Shown in pieces: positions 43,075-57,149 of a stretch of DNA of 64,000 bases (positions are counted from its first letter, which is position 1; each line of letters opens with the position of its first letter). A program made the translations under genes and the position numbers. The stretch spans positions 89,342,001 through 89,406,000 of the forward strand of contig OX597817.1 of assembly GCA_951406725.2 (NCBI GenBank), in the 5' to 3' direction. The DNA is from Octopus vulgaris. Lineage: Eukaryota. The notes under the pieces were generated by a model. That model had not been told where the DNA came from, did not search any database, and saw only the letters and a list, made by a program, of their open reading frames with translations.

Positions 43075-43848
43075 AGGCAGAAAGCCAATATTTTCGAGAT
43101 GAGTGGCTTACTAGATTTTATCGGCCTGAGTATTTGACTGACCCCTGAATAGATGAAAGACTAAGTCGACAGAAAAAAAAAAAAATAAATAAATAAAGTA
43201 CTAGTCCATGGCAGTGACCTGCCAGGATTGATAGCGCGCCGGACAGAATACTTTGCGGTGCTTGTTGCCGCTCTGTGTATTCTGAGTTGAAATCCTGTCC
43301 ATGGAAAAACGCTAGCACCACGCACCACTACTAACACAACTATCAACATTGAGAATTGTTTCTAATTTACGTCCAAAGTCTACAATCTTTCTGGGAGGGT
43401 GTTTGTCGACGTCATGACTTAAAGCTGGTAGAATCTTTAGCATACCGGAAAAATTGCTTTGTGGTATTTCTTCCAACTTTACGATCTGAGTTTAAATGCT
43501 GCCGGGGTTGTCTTTGCTTTTCATCTTTCGGAGGTCAATAAAATAAGTACGAGTTGAGCAGTATTTGACTTACCCGCTTCCTCGAAACTGCTGGTCTTGT
43601 ACCAAAATGTGAAATCAATATTTGACGACATAAAGGCGTGAGCTGGTAAAATCGTTAGTACACCGGGAGAAATGCATAGCGGTATTTCGTTTGTGTTTAC
43701 GCTCCTAGTTCAAATTTCGCCGATGCCGACTTTGCTTTTCATCCTTTGAGGGTTAATAAAATAAATACCAGTTGAACACTCGGATCGATGTAATCGACTT
43801 ACCCCCCTCCCTCGAACTTGCTAGCATGGTGTCAAAATTTGAAACCAA
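43075..43848. mobile_element. Cluster of three SINE family B copies (43075-43280 -, 43422-43620 +, 43633-43848 +)
   Basis: Family B motifs in each; the first is strongly diverged. Confidence 0.75.
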
Positions 43849-43884
43849 TATAGTCGAGAGTTGACCCATTCAGAGATAGAAGGC

Positions 43885-43921
<37 letters not shown>

Positions 43922-44646
43922 GAGGAGAGAGGCAAGGAAGCATTGAGTTGATACTAATTGTTAGTTGAACTGACTGGAACAATGTGAATTGAAATGACTT
44001 GTTCAGGAACTGAACGCACTGCTTGATCAAGGACTTCAACCCAAGACCAATACCGCCATCACCTAACACCCCACCACCACCTTACACTCCCATCACTTTC
44101 ACAAACACCTTTAGCATCATCAACATCATAGCCATCACCACCGCATTCATCATGTATTCCACTATAATAGTAGTAGTAGTCGTAGTTGTAGTCGTAGTCG
44201 TAGTCGTACTAGTAGTAGTAGTAGTAGTAGTTGTTGTTGTTGTTGTTGTTGTTGTGGGCTTGTCATTATTGTTTTTCAGCTGAGCTTTATTGATTCTGTT
44301 CGTGAACCAGTAAATTCTTGATTGAATTATGGAAGACATCAATTTTAGCTGTAATTCCTTGTGTTTCAACGTAGAATCACATGACAATGTTTAACCTCAG
44401 AAGACAGCATCTCAAAATGAATGAGGAGGCTTTCTATCCGTCTGCCTACTTTGACAATATGGATAAGCATTAAAACCTGTTTGGACACTGCGACACCACA
44501 TACAAACATACATACATGTATGCATATATGCATGCATGCATGCATGCATACATGCATACATACATGTATGCATACATACATACATGCTTGCATACACACA
44601 CATATACATGTGTATGTATCAATATCTATATTTCTCTCTCTCTATC

Positions 44647-44685
<39 letters not shown>

Positions 44686-45104
44686 CACACACACATATAC
44701 ACTAGCAATGAATCCCGGCGTTGCCCGGGTGTTATGACCTACACAAGTACATTGTATTATTTGCTTCCTTCTTATGGGCAGAATCGGCACAGTTGATATA
44801 TAGTTAATGAAATAATGGAAGTTATTGTTTGTTTAATAGTGAAAGGCGAGCGTACAATTTGCATGAAAGTGCTTTTTGTTCTTAAGAAGGATCAGAAACT
44901 ATGTCTTATTTCATCGTATAAAGGGGGATTAATACGATTTTGTCCAGAAATCACATTTTCAATATCTAAATTTCTCCCATCCCCACCGCAGTTTCTTAAT
45001 TTGTAACTTCTTTTTTCGAATTTTTTGTTATCTATGTAGAAAAATACAGAGATTACGAATCTGGGATATTTATATGGAACGCCATAATGAACCGTTAGCT
45101 CCTA

Positions 45105-45276
45105 CACGCATTTTTTTCTCTCCTTGTTTCTTTTCTGTATATCTTTCTGTCGAAGAGCGTAGGCTCGAAACGTAAAAGACTTGTTCTATTTCTATTCCTG
45201 AGAGCCATACTAATACATTTGTTTGTTTGTACTCCACCTGCCTTCGTCTTTTGTTTATTTTCGTAAACCTTCCCGT
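45105..45276 (+). mobile_element. Family H1 cassette nested in the Helitron
   Basis: Reverse complement of 569-754; followed by (TA)n. Confidence 0.8.
45142..45179 (+). ncRNA. Minimal hammerhead-like ribozyme, variant core CUGUCGA
   Basis: UCUUU-CUGUCGA-A-GAGC-GUAG-GCUC-GAA-ACGU-A-AAAGA; differs from 666-703 only at position 7. Confidence 0.65.
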
Positions 45277-47170
45277 ATATATATATATATACATACATAT
45301 ATATATATACATATACATTTTTTATAGTTTAAAGAAACACTCGCTGTCCCTTCCTCCACCTCGCCCACCCATCACCTACCAGCTTTCAAAAAGCTAAAAT
45401 CTCCCACTCTTTCACTTTTGGTTGATGTTTCCTGCATGCGTAGAATTCTACTGAAATAGTAAACTTAAAAAATACCAGACCACCGCCAGAAAACCCGACA
45501 GGTAAACGATATTATTTCTGAAGAAACTTCCCCGTTATCCAAAAAGCTAAAAGTGAAACATTGGGAGTGTGTAACCTTTTGAAAGTGGTAAGGTGATGGG
45601 TACAATTCTTAAAAATTCATGCTTTCTGTTTTTTCTCCATGTATTACCAAGGCTAAAAATTGAAAACAGTAAAAAATGAATTTGGTGTGGAGAGGGAGAA
45701 AATTAAAATATTGAGAACGTATTTTGTGGGTGAAATCGTAATCTCCTGTATTGCAAGCATAAGAGTCGGAAGAAATTTTTAAAAATAAGGGTTGAGGACA
45801 GAAATGTCACATCGGATATGCTAGAAAGAAGAGATAAAGGACTGGATTTCTGGGGAAACTTCCTTTTAAGTTTATTTCGAAGATCATGTTTTTAAATATG
45901 CTCATCATAAGCACAAATTACCCAACAGAAAAAGATCATTTCAGTTAGATTTGAGCTGTAAATTTGCGCGTGCACACTGCAAGAAATAACACAATTCACA
46001 CGGAAGTTTTACCTAGAGTGTGAGTATGTGTGTCAAAAGAAGTTATTTTATGGCATTCTTTCGTTTGAAGAAGCAAAGGTGCCAACTCGACATATATGGG
46101 ATCATATGATTGTTTGTTAATTTCCGTAAAATTGTTTTAATTTCTGTATGCTTTGAAGAGAGCAGAAATTGAAAGAGAGGAGAAAGTGAAAAGGCAACAT
46201 TTGCTTTAAAGTGAGAGGAGAAAGTAAAAGAGAGGGGAAAGTGTAAGATGTACGTGTATATGAAATGGACGTGTGTGTGAGAGGGAGAAAGAGAGAGTGA
46301 GTGAGTGAAGGTGTGTGTTGTGATGTATGAATGTATTTGTATGTATGTGTAAGTGGCACTCACTCGCCCTATCTATCTCTCGCTCTCTCTCTCTCTCTCT
46401 CTCATATTATCTTGCATACACACGTACATAGCGGATGTAAAGAATACGCACACCACTCATTTTCGGAGCAACCCTAACCTTAAACATCGGAAGTGTATAT
46501 TCTTTACCTTCGCCCATAAATACATATGCATACATCATTTTTATGCATGAGAGAGAGAGAAAGAGAAAGAGAAAGAGAGAGCGTGTGTGTGTGTGTATGT
46601 GTGTGACTGCATTTCCTCATGACACAGAAAAATAGATGTCTTTTAATGCAATTTTTTTTTTTGGTTGTGGCTTATTTTAATACAATATTTATGCGTACAT
46701 TTTCATAAATGTTTGTCTGAGTAGAATTCTTCGTATGCGTGAAACATCGGAGGAAAGTGTAACATTAGAAGCAAATCGAAATATTGTCTGAATATGACCT
46801 GAAAATTGTGCGACCCAACGTAGTTGCCGAGGTTATTTTAGTTGTAAAAAAGAGTTGTTGAGTCAAAAACATAGTTTATTTGGTAGATAGATAATAAGCA
46901 GCTTTTTTTTTTAATTATAATACAGTTGTGATTAATTCGGAGAAACATTACTTTCATTATTCACACACCGTCACTCTTGCAATGCAACACTTTGTAATTT
47001 TGGTTCAAATGGAAAGTGTGAAACTATTTTCATTTTGTAATGAAACCTGGTCATTGTAGAGAAGTGTATTTGAAATAACAATAGCAGGTTATTGAAATAA
47101 CATAGAAAATATTTAAATGAAAATAAAGTTTATTTGACATGGGTAATTGATTTGATTGTTCTAGTCATAA

Positions 47171-47437
47171 CATCAGTTGGTAAGAATAGAAGTCCTTTGA
47201 CGACAACTTCTTGTTTGTAATTGGCTATCCCGTTGCGGGTTCAATCCTTGGAATATTAAAATGATACCCATCTTGTCCATCCCACAGAATAAGAGTATAC
47301 TGGAGAGCATGATAAAACGGATGAGTCTGTGAAACACGTTTAAGGTTGTTATCCCGAACACGAATGAAAATATCATGATTTTCGTGGGGATCACCAACCA
47401 TAAGGATGGCTACATCATTAGATGTGGACTCATTAAA
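47171..47437 (-). pseudogene. Helitron Rep/helicase N-terminal fragment
   Basis: FNESTSNDVAILMVGD..DIFIRVRDNNLKRVSQTHPFYHALQYTLILWDGQDGYHFNI..G*..KKLSSKDFYSYQLM (cf. SETHRSYDALQYPL..GEDGYH). Confidence 0.9.
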
Positions 47438-48705
47438 ACAGTGTAAAATATTCTTTACTATAGTTTACTATCGACGTAAGGAACACAGAAGCACACTCAT
47501 AGAATTGATAATACTGAAAACAGCAAAATGTACACATACGAAGTTCAAGCAAAACGAAGTGTAGTCAATATAGGTGCAAAACATACTTTCTGTAGCATAG
47601 TTATGCTACAAAAAGATGGAAAGTCACCAATTTAGCAAAAATGACTCTGCGTCACCAACGTAACAAAATGCAGAAAGTCAACATTTATTTGGAACATGTA
47701 CTAAATGTTATAAAATTCACGATTGAATATCACGGTGAAAAAAATGAAAGTCCAAGAAAATTTAGAAGGTATAATTCAATTGTTAATACAAAAATAATTT
47801 ATTTTACAATTTTGAAACAAACGCTGAATAAAGTGTATAGAAAGGAAGATGCTGTTGTTATAATGTTAATTTAAAATATTTGCTGAAGGATTTATGTAGC
47901 AAGATATAAATTAATTTGACATTACTACATATTTTTTAACTGTGTAACGTTATAGGCTGTAAAATAAATACTGGCTAACGCAGTAAAAAGGTTGTGCGAC
48001 TTTGATACATACAGTGATGAAGAATACAAGGACTGTTAAAAAAAACATTATCTTGAAACTGATTAGAAGGAGTGGAATAACATTTCTGTAATTATGCTGA
48101 AAGAGCTAATGAGGTGTTTTACTTCGCCAAGTTTCCGAATTTGTTACAATAACCAGAATGGCATTTTTTCTCAGATATATTTGCAAGTATTGTGAGTGGT
48201 GTTAAATCAGCCACATCTTCATGTTGGTAGTACTTCAAAGTGAACGTTGTTGTTCGTTTAAAGTCCAGGCCGCAACTAAAATTTCTATATCGGTGTGTTT
48301 CGCTGTTGGGCGAGAGAAAGTTACATACATAAACTAAGATACACTCACACATTAACGCACACCTGAAGCCTATCTCTGTCCCTGTGTGTCTCGCTCGTCA
48401 CAAAAATGTATACTGGCAGACATATACACCGTCACACACATATACTTATCAGTCATCGGCCTAACATAGGTAACGAACGCGCGAACAAACTCATATAGAA
48501 AATGTACCATCATTGTCGTTGTGGTGGTGACATAAAATGTCGTTTACAATAGGTGACTAAAATAAAAATGACAATGTTAAATTTTTGTAATGCAAATATG
48601 TGAATGAAAATATAGTTTAGTTGGTAGCCAAAAGCCAACTGAATCTTTTGATACTCCATACGTCAAAATCGGCAACTCGGCTTTGGATTGCATAAGGAAC
48701 ATACG

Positions 48706-48814
<109 letters not shown>

Positions 48815-49120
48815 ACACACACACAAACTCTCTTTTATACATATAATATATATCAAACCAAGGAAAAACGATTCCCTTCAAAGGGATGGAAAACACCTAA
48901 TTTTCACTGGTACTTCAGTTGAATACCACAAATAAAATGGTATAATTACAATATACAAATATTAAAGGAAATAAAGAAATGCAATTGGCATATCAAAAGT
49001 TTATTTACGTTATAATATAATATAATTATACTATGAAAAGATATAATATAATATAATATAATATAATATAATATAACAAAAAATTAAAACAATTATAAAT
49101 TCAAAAAATATAAATCCAGC

Positions 49121-49192
49121 AATATATTTCGACTCATCCGCTACTGAATTTATAAAAATTCACATTTATGTATATGAGTCTCCTCAGGGTAA
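49121..49192 (-). ncRNA. Hammerhead-like motif in PLE 3' repeat (inverted copy at 52619-52686 +)
   Basis: CUGAGGA-GACUCAU-(long loop with internal hairpin)-AUGAGUC-GAA-AUAUAU-U; stem I pairing not evident. Confidence 0.5.
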
Positions 49193-49797
49193 TATTTGTT
49201 CAAAAATCTGACAAAAATTCCATGCAAGGACTGCTAAATCATAAGAGATATTTATTCAAAATATAATTATATTTACCAGCGTTAGTGTTAATAATTCAAA
49301 AATAAATTAAATATAGTAAAAAAAACCACAAAATTAAAATAGATAAAATTATTAAGTAAACAAATGAATTACAACAGTCATAAACTGTTCTTATTCAATT
49401 GCAATAATATTAATCTAAAGATATTTTAATCAACGATTCATTCACTCAAAAGTTTCTACTAAATTCGTCGACATTAAACAAACGCATAAAGTTACGATTA
49501 TTATAAACTATACTATTTCTTTATAGAAAAGATAACATATAAATATATAAAGTATCAGAATTTTACTTAGTTTTACAGTAGGAAATAAATGAGAGTAAAC
49601 CAATAGCTTTATCATTCTATGATGTTTATGTGTATACAAGTTTGAAAGAACATAATATAATGATATATACTAATGTATGTATGCATATGCATACATACAT
49701 CCTAAGATACGGCCTTATACATATACATGCACATACATACATATAGATACACGCACATACATACATACATACATACATACATACATACATACATACA

Positions 49798-49833
<36 letters not shown>

Positions 49834-49918
49834 TATATACATAGACGCACATAAACCATAAAATTCAAAAACACATACATATATAACCATACATATAGTC
49901 AGATGTACACAATCACAT

Positions 49919-49951
<33 letters not shown>

Positions 49952-52686
49952 AATACACATATAAATATGTATACATACAGACACATAGATATACATATAC
50001 ACACACACTTATATATATAAATATATATATACATACACATACAATACACATGCATATATACATACATACATCATATATATATACACGCATGATTACACAT
50101 AGATACACAATAATACATATATATATATATACACCTACACACATACACACATACAGACATATATATATATGTACATATATATATACATACACACACATAT
50201 GCATACATATAGCTACATACACATACATATACATATACTGTATATATAAATGTATCTTTAATAAAAAAAAATTTATTAGATATAATCTTTGAAATAATAC
50301 ACTTAATAATATTTTCTAAACACATATTTAGAATGGTGTTTACAAGCTAAAACACGTTCACGTCTGTCATTATGAAGTTTCTTTTTTGATGTTAAAATTT
50401 GGTATATTTCATCCACACATAAGTTATACTATTATTAGCAATTTTATAAGATCTAGCATGATTAAGTATTTGCCATTTAACGTTGTATAATTTCGTACCA
50501 TCTTTTAACTTCCATATATACTTACGTAAACTGGTACTGTTCCTAAATGTATATTCATGATTTGCAATTCGTTTTTTAATACAATTTTCAGTTGAATTTA
50601 GTGTAGAAATAAGTTTTCCATTCAGATTCAACTCTACATCTATATACAAGATTATTTTGCATATAGAAATTATTGAAATAACATTTATCCTTAAATATAC
50701 AACCACAAGTTCTAGCGACATAGTTATCAGTAACAGAATTATTACTATTTTTATTATTTTTTTTTAAATGTCTAATTTTTTGTTATTAATTGAAGAAATG
50801 ATTCTAAACAAATTTTTAGATACTGAAAAACCAATTCTGATCTTTTTATTATTAATTGTTTTATTATTTTTATTTTCTTTATTAAAATGCTTAGATATAG
50901 ATCTATAAAAAAGCTTAACCAAATTACTTTCTATTTGTCTTGCATAAGGAATAATAAACCAAATATCATTATCATTTATAGAATTAGCAATATTAAGTCT
51001 ATCAAAGGCTGCATTAGGGCTATACTTTTTAGTTTTAATTTTAAAGCTGCTTTCATATAGAATATCATAATTACTACACTTTTTCTTATTCTACTATTAA
51101 TATTAGTATTATCCTTATTGTGAATAACATCATTATTATCATAATCTAGGGTTAGCATATCTACGCTATTGGTATTGATTTAAAACATACATTTATACCA
51201 TATTTCATTCCACTCTTAGGTTATCTTTAGATCGTGTAATGGTTAATTTATTTAATTATCTCACCGACCTTATTACTATTTATAATTTTATGAGATTTAT
51301 TAATTTTAATTTTATTACTCACATCTCTACTATTAGATCCACACATTCCATTGTCAACCGACTTATCATTACTATAATAATATTTTTTATAGTCTTCATT
51401 TTTATTACAATATACAATCCTATGCATATATCTCGCTTTTTCTAAGGGCGACATTATGATATTCTGCATTGTTGTTAACGATTTCCTCATTAGATGATAA
51501 ATATGAAACACGCCACGAAATATTATTAACTAAAGTTCATGTAATTGCCTTAGGTTGATTACTATTAAAGTTAATATATTTCAAATTGTTGTTTGGTTTA
51601 TGATATGGGTTATATTGCCCAGTAACAAGATTCAGATTAACATCTAAATAATTAACAGAATCATGTCCATTTTCAATAGAAATAGATAAACCAAATATTT
51701 TTTTAAATATGCAATTTTTCTCATACAAATCTAATTTCTTATTTGATAGACTATTAATCAAAGACAGCGCGTCATCTCTATACAGTCCACCTTTAATACC
51801 TGGAAATTCGTTACTAAAATGAAATAGAATATATATACCTACTAGATCAGTAACTTGAGAAAAATCAGCTGATAAACTAAATAAATTTGTTTCTTTTATT
51901 TATTATACTAAGAATAATGTTTATATAAGTACGAATAAAAGATTGGAATAATTTTTACATATAATTATATATCTTTTTGAATAGTTATGAATATTTCTTG
52001 TAGACCCTATAATGTTTAGTATATATCATATTATGTTCTTTCAAACTTGTATACACATAAAAATTATAGAATAATAAAGCTATTGGTTTACTCTAATTCA
52101 TTTCCTTTTGTAAAACTAAGTAAAATTCTGATACTTTATATATTTATATATTATTATCGTTTTTATGTAAGAAATAGTATAATTTATAATAATCATAACT
52201 TTATACGTTTGTTTAACGTCGGCGAATTTACTAGAAACTTTTGAGGGAATGAATCGGTAATTAAAATTCTTTTTAATGAATTTAGTGTCTGAATAAAATA
52301 TATCCTTATTTATTTTTTTCATCATAGTATATAATAATTTTAAATAAATATTTTCCCACTTCACCACAAATTCTTCACATATATAGATCTTATTATATAA
52401 TAAAATGGGCAGTGATTATTTTCGATTAAAGTATCTCTAGATTAATATTATTGGAGATGCATGAGAACCTTTCATGACTATTGTAATTTTTCTTTACTTA
52501 ATTGTTTTATCTATTTGAATTTTGTTTTTGTTTTTATTACATAGGTATATTTTAAATCAATTTCTCTTATGATTTAGCAGTCCTTGCATTGAATTTTTGT
52601 CTGTTTTTTGAACAAATATTACCCTGAGGAGATTCATATGCATAAATGTGAATTTTTATAAATTCAGTAGCGGATATGAGTCGAAA
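49121..52686 (-). mobile_element. Penelope-like element with inverted terminal (pseudo-LTR) copy, decayed
   Basis: GLYRDDAL..VNYLDVNLNL..YHKPNNNLKYINFNSNQP (RT); KRIANH..STSLRKYIWKLKD..VKWQIL (GIY-YIG C-terminal part); ~135-bp inverted repeat 49121-49262 / ~52545-52686; microsatellite block ~49660-50250 inside. Confidence 0.85.
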
Positions 52687-52794
52687 CAAATTATATATAT
52701 AATAATTGATGAGAAGGACACACTATTTCTTTATTTTTCGTGTTAACAGCCATGAGTTACATATACATACATACATACACGCGCGCAGATATAC

Positions 52795-52825
<31 letters not shown>

Positions 52826-53639
52826 TGTATGTATGTATGTATGTATGTATGTATGTATGTATGATAGGGAATATAGTTGTAGTTGTACAGGTTGTAAACT
52901 GGATAAAACAGAGAAAAGAGGAGGATCTGGAGGGATTATGGGATAAGATGAATAATGCAAGCGTAAATCTAAAGACGAAAAATAAATTCGTACATAATTC
53001 TAAAATATTTGTATCTTGTTTTAAATTGTTTTAATTAGTATTTCAGGATTGTCTCCCCTGCCTTTCTTGGTCAGAATTAGACCTTTAATTCATGATTATT
53101 TCTCCTCAATACATGTAATTTATGATTATTTACACTATCCTGGCTCACAATATTAACTATCTTATCATTAAATTTGCCTTACACTAATTTCATTGATTTT
53201 AATTTTGTGTTTAATCACAAACAATAAACGTAACAAGAATTTGCAAATTTCTCTTTTCAAGTTCTCCTCATTAACATTTATGTTAATTTATGTTAATGTT
53301 TATCTCCGTTAAGTGTGATAAATACGAGAGACAGCAAAATATAAATGTATTAATCCTGTTGAATAGTTGTTGTTTGTGTATTGTGAAGTTTCTTTACTGT
53401 TGATATCGTATTTCGTCCAAACCACCAGCACCATTCCTACACCATCACCATAACCACTGCCATCGCCCCCACTCCACACCACTATTCCTAACACTACCAC
53501 CCCTCTAACCTTACCACTACCACCGCCGCCGACGTTGCAAACATCACCATCGGAACCACCACCACAACCACCACCGACACCGCCAACACCACCACCGCAA
53601 CCACTACAACCACCACAACCACCACCACCAATAAAACTG

Positions 53640-53925
53640 GCACCCCGTCGGTTACAACGATGAGGGTTACAGTTGATTCACTTGCTCGTGAAATTAAAGT
53701 GCAAGTGGCTGAGCACTCCACAGACACTTGTACCCTAGGAGATTCAACGTGTCATAGAAGGCTATCCCTTTAAATTATAGCTACTACTCATTTTTGCCAG
53801 CTGAGTGGACTCGAGCAACGTGAAATAAAGTGTCTTGCTGAAGGATATAATGCGCCGTCGGGAATTGAACACACGACCTTACGATCGTGAGTCAAAAATC
53901 CTAACTACTAAACCACGCGCCTTCA
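53640..53925 (-). mobile_element. SINE with family C tail and a different, CORE-like head
   Basis: Tail matches 8759-8900; head TGGTTTAGTAG..GTTCAATTCC..CCTTCAGCAAGACACTT. Confidence 0.75.
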
Positions 53926-54547
53926 CACCACTGTCACCACTACTTGCTCTTCCAATATCACAACCACCATGCACATCCACCTCTATCTTCATCCTTGCCA
54001 CCACCACAGTCACAATCACCATAACTGCAATCATAACTAACACAACCACCTCCACCACCACCGTCACAATCGGGACAATCATCACTACCACCACCACCAC
54101 CACCACCACCACCACTACCACCACCACCATCACCACCACCATCGCTACGACGACGACCACCACCACCGTCATGATCATAACAACTAACTATAGCAATAAG
54201 GAGGGAAATTTTTAGTTTGTTGCTCGACCTACTGGAAAAAGCTGCCCTATCTCCCTCAAATTACACCCTACAGTTATCGAAAGAGAGAGAGAGAAAGAGA
54301 GAGAGAGATGCTATAGTGTTGTTCAAAGTACACAGAGCCAGAGAATATGACGGCAAGGCTGTAATGCCTTTGATCTTAGATTTGCGAGCTCAAGGCCTGC
54401 ATTGTGGTAAACTGCAGCAGTAGCAGCAACAGGAACGATAACAGCAACTATCTTACCTGAGTTTATACTGATGGCACGAGCATGAGATAGATACGCGCTC
54501 CCGCGCCCATATGTATATAGTGTGTGTGTAAAAGAGAGATAGAGAGG

Positions 54548-54586
<39 letters not shown>

Positions 54587-54657
54587 GCAGAAATAGATAA
54601 AGAGCGAGAAATATAGAGAGAAAGGCAGAAATAGATAGAAAGAAAAAGTAAGAGAGA

Positions 54658-54688
<31 letters not shown>

Positions 54689-54986
54689 TGCGTGCGTTTG
54701 TGTTAAAGTTGCTATATATGAACTTTAAAAATGAGAACGTTCCTGGAAATAGCCGACACCCCCTCGCCGCGAGGTTGACACACGCTTTAGGGCTATTTAA
54801 ACATGAAGCAGCCGTGACAACCAATTGTGGGTATTTGCATAACTTACATACACACAAGCAAACACACATACATACATACATACATACATACATACATACA
54901 TGCACACATAGATAGATACATACGCACACACATACATACACCTACTCAGATACATACATACATACATACATACATACATACATACA

Positions 54987-55020
<34 letters not shown>

Positions 55021-55031
55021 CATACATACAT

Positions 55032-55585
55032 GGTGGCTACCCCCTCGTTATCGAGTATGGCCATTGCACAAAGCTTAATCAATGTTGTTATCGTGCAATA
55101 CCTGTGCAAGAAGATTTTTTTTAAAGTGAGGAAAGGCTGTGCACTGAATCAATCTCACTCACTAAGAAGCAGCAGCCATAATCCGAAAAGAAGAACAAGT
55201 CAACATCATCGGTAACCACTGAGCCGCAGGTTTTATGTCGGAGTTATCCCAGTTACCTGAGTTAGCTTCTCCTTGAAGGATGCCCTAACAAAGGCTAGGA
55301 ATCCTTCACTCCCAATGGTTTAACCGCGCGATCGGGTATTCAGTCCGATTATTTCTATGTCCCCGCGCATGATACAGCCTTAAGACATTTATTGAATGGC
55401 CGTTGACTCTCAAGAGTTCCTCCGCCTATTGACGGGTTTTGTTTTTCATCCCGCAGGGTGTCCAATAAACACCCTCCTCACCAAGCAATTTTGTGGGGTT
55501 GCCGGTTTAGTCGCCGACGACCCGACCATGCAACAGGTTTTACTGGGTTACATGTTACCAGTAGCACTCGAAAGTGACCTGACAT
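55032..55585 (-). repeat. Probable RTE-type 5' UTR-like retroelement fragment
   Basis: CpG-containing non-coding block between (TACA)n tracts; resemblance to RTE leaders from memory only. Confidence 0.3.
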
Positions 55586-55610
55586 ACCATACATACATAC
55601 ATACATACCT

Positions 55611-55917
55611 GGCACTCAGTCGGTTACGACGACGTGTGTACCAGTTGATCCGATCAATGGAACAGCCCTCTCGTGAAATTAACGTGCAAGTGGTTGAGCA
55701 CTCCACAGATACGCGTACACTTAATGTAGTTCTGGGGGTGATTCAACGTGATACAGAATGTGACAAGGCTGCCCCTTTGTGTTGTTACAAGTAGAACTCA
55801 TTTTTGCCAGCTGAGTGGACTGGAGCAACATGAAATAGAGTTTTTTTTACACAAGGTGACAATCAAACTCAAGGCCTTACCATCATGAGCCGAATACCCA
55901 ACCCAGTAAGCCATGCG
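55611..55917 (-). mobile_element. SINE, same type as 53640-53925
   Basis: Shared CTCATTTTTGCCAGCTGAGTGGACT and family C tail. Confidence 0.75.
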
Positions 55918-56059
55918 TTTCTATGCATAGACACACACATACACCCCCCGCACACACACACAAAGTAAATTCCGAACGCAGTAAAGCTAAAAGAACAGCA
56001 GAGAAATATTGCATGTTTACTCTTGTAAGATGGAAAAAAGTCTCCAGCATGTGTCTACG

Positions 56060-56858
56060 GGAGCATTTTCTAAAATGCTCTTCCATCTATCTGGTAGACT
56101 TACAAGGCCCCTCTTCCAAAAATGCTCCTCCAGTACTGTTCTGACCTCATCTGCAGAATTCATATTTTTTCCGTCTAATGATTTTGAAAACTACGGAATA
56201 AATGATAATCAGATGGAGCAATGTCCGGCGAATATAATGGGGCATCGTTTCCCATTCAAATTGCTCCAGCCTTTGGAATGACATCCTCGCTGTGTGTGAC
56301 CGAGCATTATCCTGATGGAGGAACACCTTTCGTCTTGAAACCAAAGATGGTTATTTTTCTTCTTCACGTAGATGTCGATAAATGCGTGAATGACAAAATC
56401 CAAGCTTCTCTGCTAGTACCTCAACAATTACGATGGGATTTTGTTCTCCCATGGTTTTCAGGACGTCCTTGTCGAGCTCTACAGATCTTCCAGGACGAGG
56501 CTCGTCTTCTAGACAGTAGTTTTCGGCTCGGAATTTCTGGAACCACCGTTGACACTAGCTTACGCTTATTGTCCGATCCGTGCATACTGCATTGATATTC
56601 CTCGCGCTTTCTGTTGCGTTGTTGTCCTACAACTCATAAAGCAAAATATGCCGAATATGCTCCTTTGCTACTTCTATTATAGCTTTGAAAAAATAACTAT
56701 TAAAATCGAACTGCACTCTTCAAAACTTGCACTAAGAATAAAGTTGAGGTAACATTACTACCTGTTTTTATAGCAAGTTGATGCAGGTAGTTTATTCCGT
56801 TCCCCTCCGACTTTCAGTTCACGCAATTGAAAAACCGCATTATTTACGGTATGACCTT
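56060..56858 (-). pseudogene. Mariner transposase remnant, internally deleted
   Basis: HIRHILLYE..ARNINAV..CQRWFQKFR..LEDEPRPGR; VFLHQDNARSHTA; YSPDIAPSDYHLFRS; GLVSLPDRW. Confidence 0.9.
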
Positions 56859-56880
56859 ATATATAATTATAGTGTTCAAA

Positions 56881-56992
56881 TTTACAGAAAACAAAAGACG
56901 ACGATAGATGTAGGAACAACAAGCAGGTGTATTAGTTTAACGTTAGGGAAGAATGGAAAAGTCTTTTACGTTTCGAGCTTACGCACTTCGAC
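56881..56992 (-). mobile_element. Diverged, truncated family H1 cassette
   Basis: AAACAAAAGACG..TGTATTAGT..AAGTCTTTTACGTTTCGAGCTTACGCACTTCGAC. Confidence 0.7.
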
Positions 56993-57149
56993 AATATATA
57001 TACGCACAGGCACACACACACGCATGCACAGATGTCGATGTTCTGTATTGCATTGCGTTTTTAATTTAGGTTATTTTTTTAATAATTTAGCTGACTTAAC
57101 AAAGTGTTTCCAGTGACTAACTTCATATTGTGAATAAAATATTTGAAGC

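Noticed and set aside
55400-55585. Possible HDV-like ribozyme in an RTE-type leader
   Set aside because: Could not identify the nested double-pseudoknot elements by eye.
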